DNA from: Blepharisma stoltei ATCC 30299 | Lineage: Eukaryota > Protista > Ciliophora | Assembly: GCA_965603825.1 (NCBI GenBank) | Contig: CBFDEM010000044.1 | Span: 372,001 to 436,000, forward strand | Length of the DNA stretch: 64,000 bases | Direction of reading: 5' to 3' | In this document: piece by piece, positions 59,427 through 64,000 of the stretch | How positions within the stretch are numbered: position 1 is the stretch's first letter | Layout of the letters: every line of letters starts with the position of its first letter | Translations under genes and position numbers: made by a program | The notes under the pieces: model-generated | Database searches by the model: none | Told to the model about the DNA's origin: nothing | The model's input: the letters and a program-made list of their open reading frames with translations, nothing else

Positions 59427-59709
59427 ATTGCAATTATTTTTTATCTTATTTATAATTTTTGTTGCTAGCTATAATCAAATCAAACGAAAATTCTTTCAAA
59501 CTCACAGCGGCAGCTGCATTATCATCAACTTACCTCAAAATTTATTCCGACATTTATCAGTGACAATTATGTGGATTTTTAATCCCTGCTCTAATAAATT
59601 AATTTACTAACCCAAATAAGCTGACTTTTTCATAATTTAAGCTTTTTATTAAAAAACGCTACTAATTCATGAGGATTAAAATGAAGTGATCTAATCTTAA
59701 ACCACTAAT

Positions 59710-60984
59710 ATGGGACTTTGCTGCAGCAACCCAGAGTTTTCATTCTCGAAAAGTGGGCCTCTATACCCTAATAATTACAGCCTATTGATTCCCTATCATG
59801 ATCATAAAGCTCAAAGGATATTTAAAAAACAAGTTTCATGCACGCTAACATTCCCGGTGCATGAATATTCAAAAGTAAGTAACTTAGGAAATCAAGAGAT
59901 TTCCATAACAGGCTGCGTATTGCCAGGGATGGATCCATCCCAGGTTTATTATAAAGAATGCCAAGACAATTTTGTCTGTATCGTTACCCCCGATTTCATT
60001 ATTTCCGTGCTTTTAGATGGCCATGGAAAACATGGAAAACTAGTATCAGAACATTGTAAAAAACACATCGAAACATATTGCAAAAATAAACTATACAAAA
60101 TTCAAGAAAACCCAGCAAAGTATGTCGAAAAAATTATATTAAATTGCGACAGAAACCTAAATTCATCAAAAATTGACACAAATTTATCAGGAACCACAGC
60201 CGTTGTTGTATACTTTGGATTGCATTCGATCCATGTATCAAGTGTTGGAGACTCACGTGCGATAATTGCTACACGCCCCTTGAGTATCTGCAAAACCCCC
60301 ATAAAGACACTTCAAGCGGTTCCTTTAACTATTGACCAAAAGCCAAACCATGCATCAGAATTGAAAAGAATTACAGATTCTGGAGGCTTAGTGCAAAGAG
60401 CAATATCAAAAAATGGCAAACATATAGGGCCTTATAGAGTGTGAATTAAAGGGCAAACACTTCCAGGTTTAGCAATGTCAAGATCAATAGGTGATAAGCT
60501 AGCAACTTCAGTCGGAGTTACTTCTAACCCAATAATTCAAACATTCCCACACTATGCAAATACAGATAAATTTATTGTTTTGGCTTCAGATGGGATTTGA
60601 GACGTCATGACAAATGATGAAGTTGCTTTATATTTGGAAAAATTTTCAAAACTTGCTAATCCTAAAGGATTAAGAGCACAATTTCCAGTAACACCTGCAA
60701 AGGCAACAATCGCAAGATTACTGTGTGAGGAAGCTAGAAGAAGGTGGATTGAAGTTGTTAAGAAAGAAAGCGTGCTTATTGATGATATATCGTGCTTAGT
60801 TCTAGAAATAGGAGAAGACAAAGAAGTTTTTATAAAAAGCTTGCCTGAAAGAGTAATAGAGAGTAGGAACAGCTTGGATGATATTGAAGGAAGCGGAACT
60901 TTGGATGTCTTAGATTTTAGTAGAAACGACCCTAATAGAGGAACTTCTGTTAATAAAGAAGACATAAAAGAATTGTTATTATAA
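59710..60984 (+). CDS. Protein phosphatase 2C with an N-terminal acylation motif
   Basis: MGLCCS, CQD, DGHG, SGTTA, VGDSR, GPYRV-W(TGA), GLAMSRSIGD, ASDGI-W(TGA)-DV, DDIS. Confidence 0.93.
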
Positions 60985-61273
60985 TAATAACTTTTCAATA
61001 TATAATCATGAATTATCATTCTTTAGATAAAATAATATTATTTTCGAGCTCTGATTTTAGCCCAGCTAAGAGCATCAGCAATTTCTAGAAATAAAATTTT
61101 ATTGGATTAAATAAAATGGATTTTGAAATATTTGGTATCATTTTGGTTGTTTCATTTTTTAATTTTCCTCTTAGCAGAGATTGGCTTGAATTGGTGTTCT
61201 CAATTATTTATTTTTTTATATTTTTCAAATTCTTTTATTGTAACATTTTTATATTTCTTAAATTACTGAAATA

Positions 61274-63523
61274 ATGAAAATCCGACCAATTGAGAGCGAT
61301 CGTCAAACAGCTCCAGACCATGACGATCGAATGAACACTTTATCTGTTTTAGAAGGTTTAGAAATTGACGAATCAAATGCACATTTAAGAGGAGATGATA
61401 CCTTTAATGGCCCTGTTGGCAATCGAAAATGTACAGACACTCCTTTTCTTATCGCTTTCGCAATAGGAAATGTCGTGCTGCTTGGGCTTTCAATTTATGG
61501 TAATTTCTAATTAGTCTTTATTATTGGTGATCCTGATCGACTTTATCGAGGTTTTGATTTTCGGGCTGATGTCTGTGGAATTGGAAAGTTAGATGACCGA
61601 AGATTTATGTATTGGCCAGATCCAAGCAATATGGATTGAAGCTTATGCATTCACGCATGTCCTTACTATTATATGAAAAATTATTACTGCATTTATGACG
61701 ATTATAATACCAGTGTATATTTAAAAGAATGGGGGTGCTGAGACGCTTATGAGTCTACTTCTTATGGATTTTATTGCATCCCTACAGCTAAGTCTGACAG
61801 AGAAAACGTTATAGATGAGCTTGGCAAGCCTATGACACAAATGAAAATCGCAAGCGGCGATTTAGTTTTGAGCTGGGATTCTATATTACTTGGAGGAGTG
61901 CTAAGCATAGTGATGGGTTTTTTATATTTATCCTTGTTTAGAAAAGCACATGTTATCAAGAAAATTATAATTTTCAGCATTTGCTTATTGGCTGGGCTTA
62001 TTGGCTATTTTATCTATTTATGGGTAGAAGCAGCCAATAAGATACATAAACTTTACTGTGAATCATATGGGCCAGCCTCTCCTGATTATTGTGAAACCAG
62101 CAATTATAATTTTTATATCGCCTTAGCTGCATTATCAGGATTTTTTGGGTTACTGTACTTATATCAAATATATTTAAAATACCGAAAATTCAATGTAGGA
62201 ATAAATATGATTGTTTTAACCTGCAAACCTTTGCATAACATTCGAGAACTTTTCTTTTTCCCTGCTATGCAAATTATAGTAGGGCTTGGAATCATGATGC
62301 TACTTGCTCTAGTTATATGCTGGACTTTCAGCACTGGGACTATTGTGTATTATAAAAATAAAAATGTCCCAAATGGTGAAGCAAATAAAATCGAATTCAG
62401 GCAAGGTGAAGTAGCAATTTTTGCATACAATGCACTTATATCTGCTTGGTGGCTCAGCTTTATGGTTGATGTCGGGTTTTTCGTTCTTGCTGGAGGAGTT
62501 TCTACTTGGTATTATTCAAGGCAAAAGGATGCGCTTTATGTAAGATATATGTAGATGCCATTGTGAAAATCTTTTAAAACTTGTTTAAGATACCATCTAG
62601 GATCAATTGCTTTTGGCTCTCTTGCAAGACCTTTTTCAGTTATCCCTTGCTGGCTGATACGCCCCTTTGACAAAATGAAGCTTAAAGCAAAAGACCCAAT
62701 GCCGAAAAGTACGAAATTTATTACTGACTGTTGCTTCTGTATTAAATATTACCACAAATATTTAAGATTCTTAACAAAGTACTCTTACATTTATGTAATA
62801 TTCATATAGCTCTCAATTTTTGCAGACCCTTATTTCCGCTCTTCAAAGCGTTCCTACTATTTAATGAGACGCAATTACTTCAGAATTGGGAAACCTGCTG
62901 CAATTGGCAGTTTTATAATTTCTATAGTCCAATATGTGATCACCCTTTCTGGACTGTGCCTTACTATGTCTCTAATTCTCCTCCCAGACAAAACTGCATC
63001 AGGCCAGCTTTCCATAGAAATTGTCTCAACTGCCGGCCCTGCTCTTTTCACTTTCCTTATCTCCTGGTTTATCGGTAAATCATTTGCAGGAGCCCTCGAT
63101 ATAAGCTTAAACACAGTTTTGCTTTCTGCTGCCAGCGACGAAGAAATGTTTACCCGTGAGCAAAGATTTGCTGAGAAAGATCTGATTGATTTTATGGATG
63201 GGATTGGAGAAGAGCAAAATGAGTTTCATAGGGAAGAAAAAATGGGCGTGAGAATGGAGGGTAGGAAGCTTGCATGGTATGAGGAAGATGAAAATATTTT
63301 GAATGAAGACCAAGTGTATAAAAAGGGAGATCTGCCTTCAAGAGATCATGATGTAAGCGGATTAAGAACTACTATGAACAGCCCTGCTAGTATTTTATAT
63401 GTCCAAACTGCTTCGTCAACTGTGAGAAATCCGGTATTCATGGATGAAATTGTAGAGGAGTCAGTTGAGGAAGATCCAAATCATCAATATGTGATAGGCA
63501 GACAAGCTAAATATGTAGGGTAA
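61274..63523 (+). CDS. Choline transporter-like protein (CTL/SLC44), three 15-nt introns
   Basis: RKCTD, GDPDRLYRGFDFRADVCG, RYHLGSIAFGS. The 2205-nt spliced frame contains three TGA. Confidence 0.9.
61500..61514 (+). other. 15-nt intron GTAATTTCTAATTAG
   Basis: Contains in-frame stops; removal joins the exons; A at -6. Confidence 0.9.
62540..62554 (+). other. 15-nt intron GTAAGATATATGTAG
   Basis: Its terminal TAG is an in-frame stop; A at -6. Confidence 0.9.
62795..62809 (+). other. 15-nt intron GTAATATTCATATAG
   Basis: Its terminal TAG is an in-frame stop; A at -6. Confidence 0.9.
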
Positions 63524-63655
63524 TAATTAACTATATCAAATTTTCTTTGTGAAAATTATTTTTAAATCAAAAAATAGTGGTTAATTAGACCAAAATGATC
63601 CAAAGTAAATTGCTAAATTTACATTTAAGAAATAATGAGACTAATCTTTCATAAT

Positions 63656-64000
63656 TTATAAACCCATTCCTCTTGGAATGCTCAGCTTTCTAGTCAGCAT
63701 CAAAGGATTCCCTGCCTCCATTGGGCTTTTACAATTGCTGCAAAAATACGTAACACCGTGGAATTGCTTATCAAAAATTGGAATTAAGCAGCACCCGAAC
63801 CAGCACCCTAATAAGCACATTGACCCACACATATTCCACGTCATAGAGGTAGGATCATATTCTTTAATGGGTGCACTGATTTTCATACAATATGGGCATT
63901 TCCCGAGTTTTGTCCCTTTGCCATGCTTAGTCCCAGCCATAGGTGTTAGATTCATCGTTGTGCTCAATTCATACCCATAATCTTCGTACTCTTCTTGGCT
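63656..64000 (-). CDS. LITAF-domain protein (5'-partial)
   Basis: CPYC...hydrophobic LGCWFGCCLIP...YFCSNC; the frame is open to the window edge. Confidence 0.85.
   Translation of the reverse strand, partial: SQEEYEDYGYELSTTMNLTPMAGTKHGKGTKLGKCPYCMKISAPIKEYDPTSMTWNMCGSMCLLGCWFGCCLIPIFDKQFHGVTYFCSNCKSPMEAGNPLMLTRKLSIPRGMGL

Noticed and set aside
736-63980. Many short antisense or overlapping ORFs in the supplied track (e.g. 38798-39409, 48454-48855, 60552-61019, 63678-63980)
   Set aside because: Shadow frames of well-supported genes with no motifs of their own.
1-64000. CRISPR arrays, prokaryotic operons or defence systems, rRNA, DNA transposase genes
   Set aside because: No repeat-spacer arrays, rRNA-like segments or transposase motifs were seen. 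The gene content and introns are eukaryotic.

Overview
AT-rich, gene-dense eukaryotic DNA, not prokaryotic. It is almost certainly the somatic (macronuclear) genome of a heterotrich ciliate of the Blepharisma type. Two sequence-derived signals support this. (1) In-frame TGA falls repeatedly on Trp positions that are invariant in the protein family, while intact genes end at TAA or TAG, so UGA=Trp and the supplied ORF track fragments many genes. (2) There are seven GT-AG introns of only 15-16 nt, each with an A six bases from the 3' end. Re-translation gives about 40 protein genes plus one tRNA-Thr(UGU). The genes include an ABCG transporter, a calmodulin-like protein, two CTD/NIF phosphatases, a PITALRE CDK, three peroxisomal enoyl-CoA isomerases, four C2H2 proteins, three Zn alcohol dehydrogenases, a Whirly-like protein, an atypical Rab, an EEP nuclease/phosphatase, RsmI-like, COG5-N, ANK-SAM, PABP, RING E3s, PH-PHR, MORN, primase, PI4KB, PP2C, CTL/SLC44 and LITAF. 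The most notable observations: a 5'-truncated non-LTR retrotransposon with an (AAT)n tail and a 16-bp target-site duplication inserted just after the start codon of a now-dead DAD1 gene; three same-strand genes separated by only 2 and 6 nt; a LamG/Rdx/CHORD-like/EF-hand multidomain protein; a non-plant Whirly-like gene; and a 2.1-kb tandem duplication of an N-acylated ADH with a resolvable breakpoint. All family assignments come from motif recognition; no database search was run.
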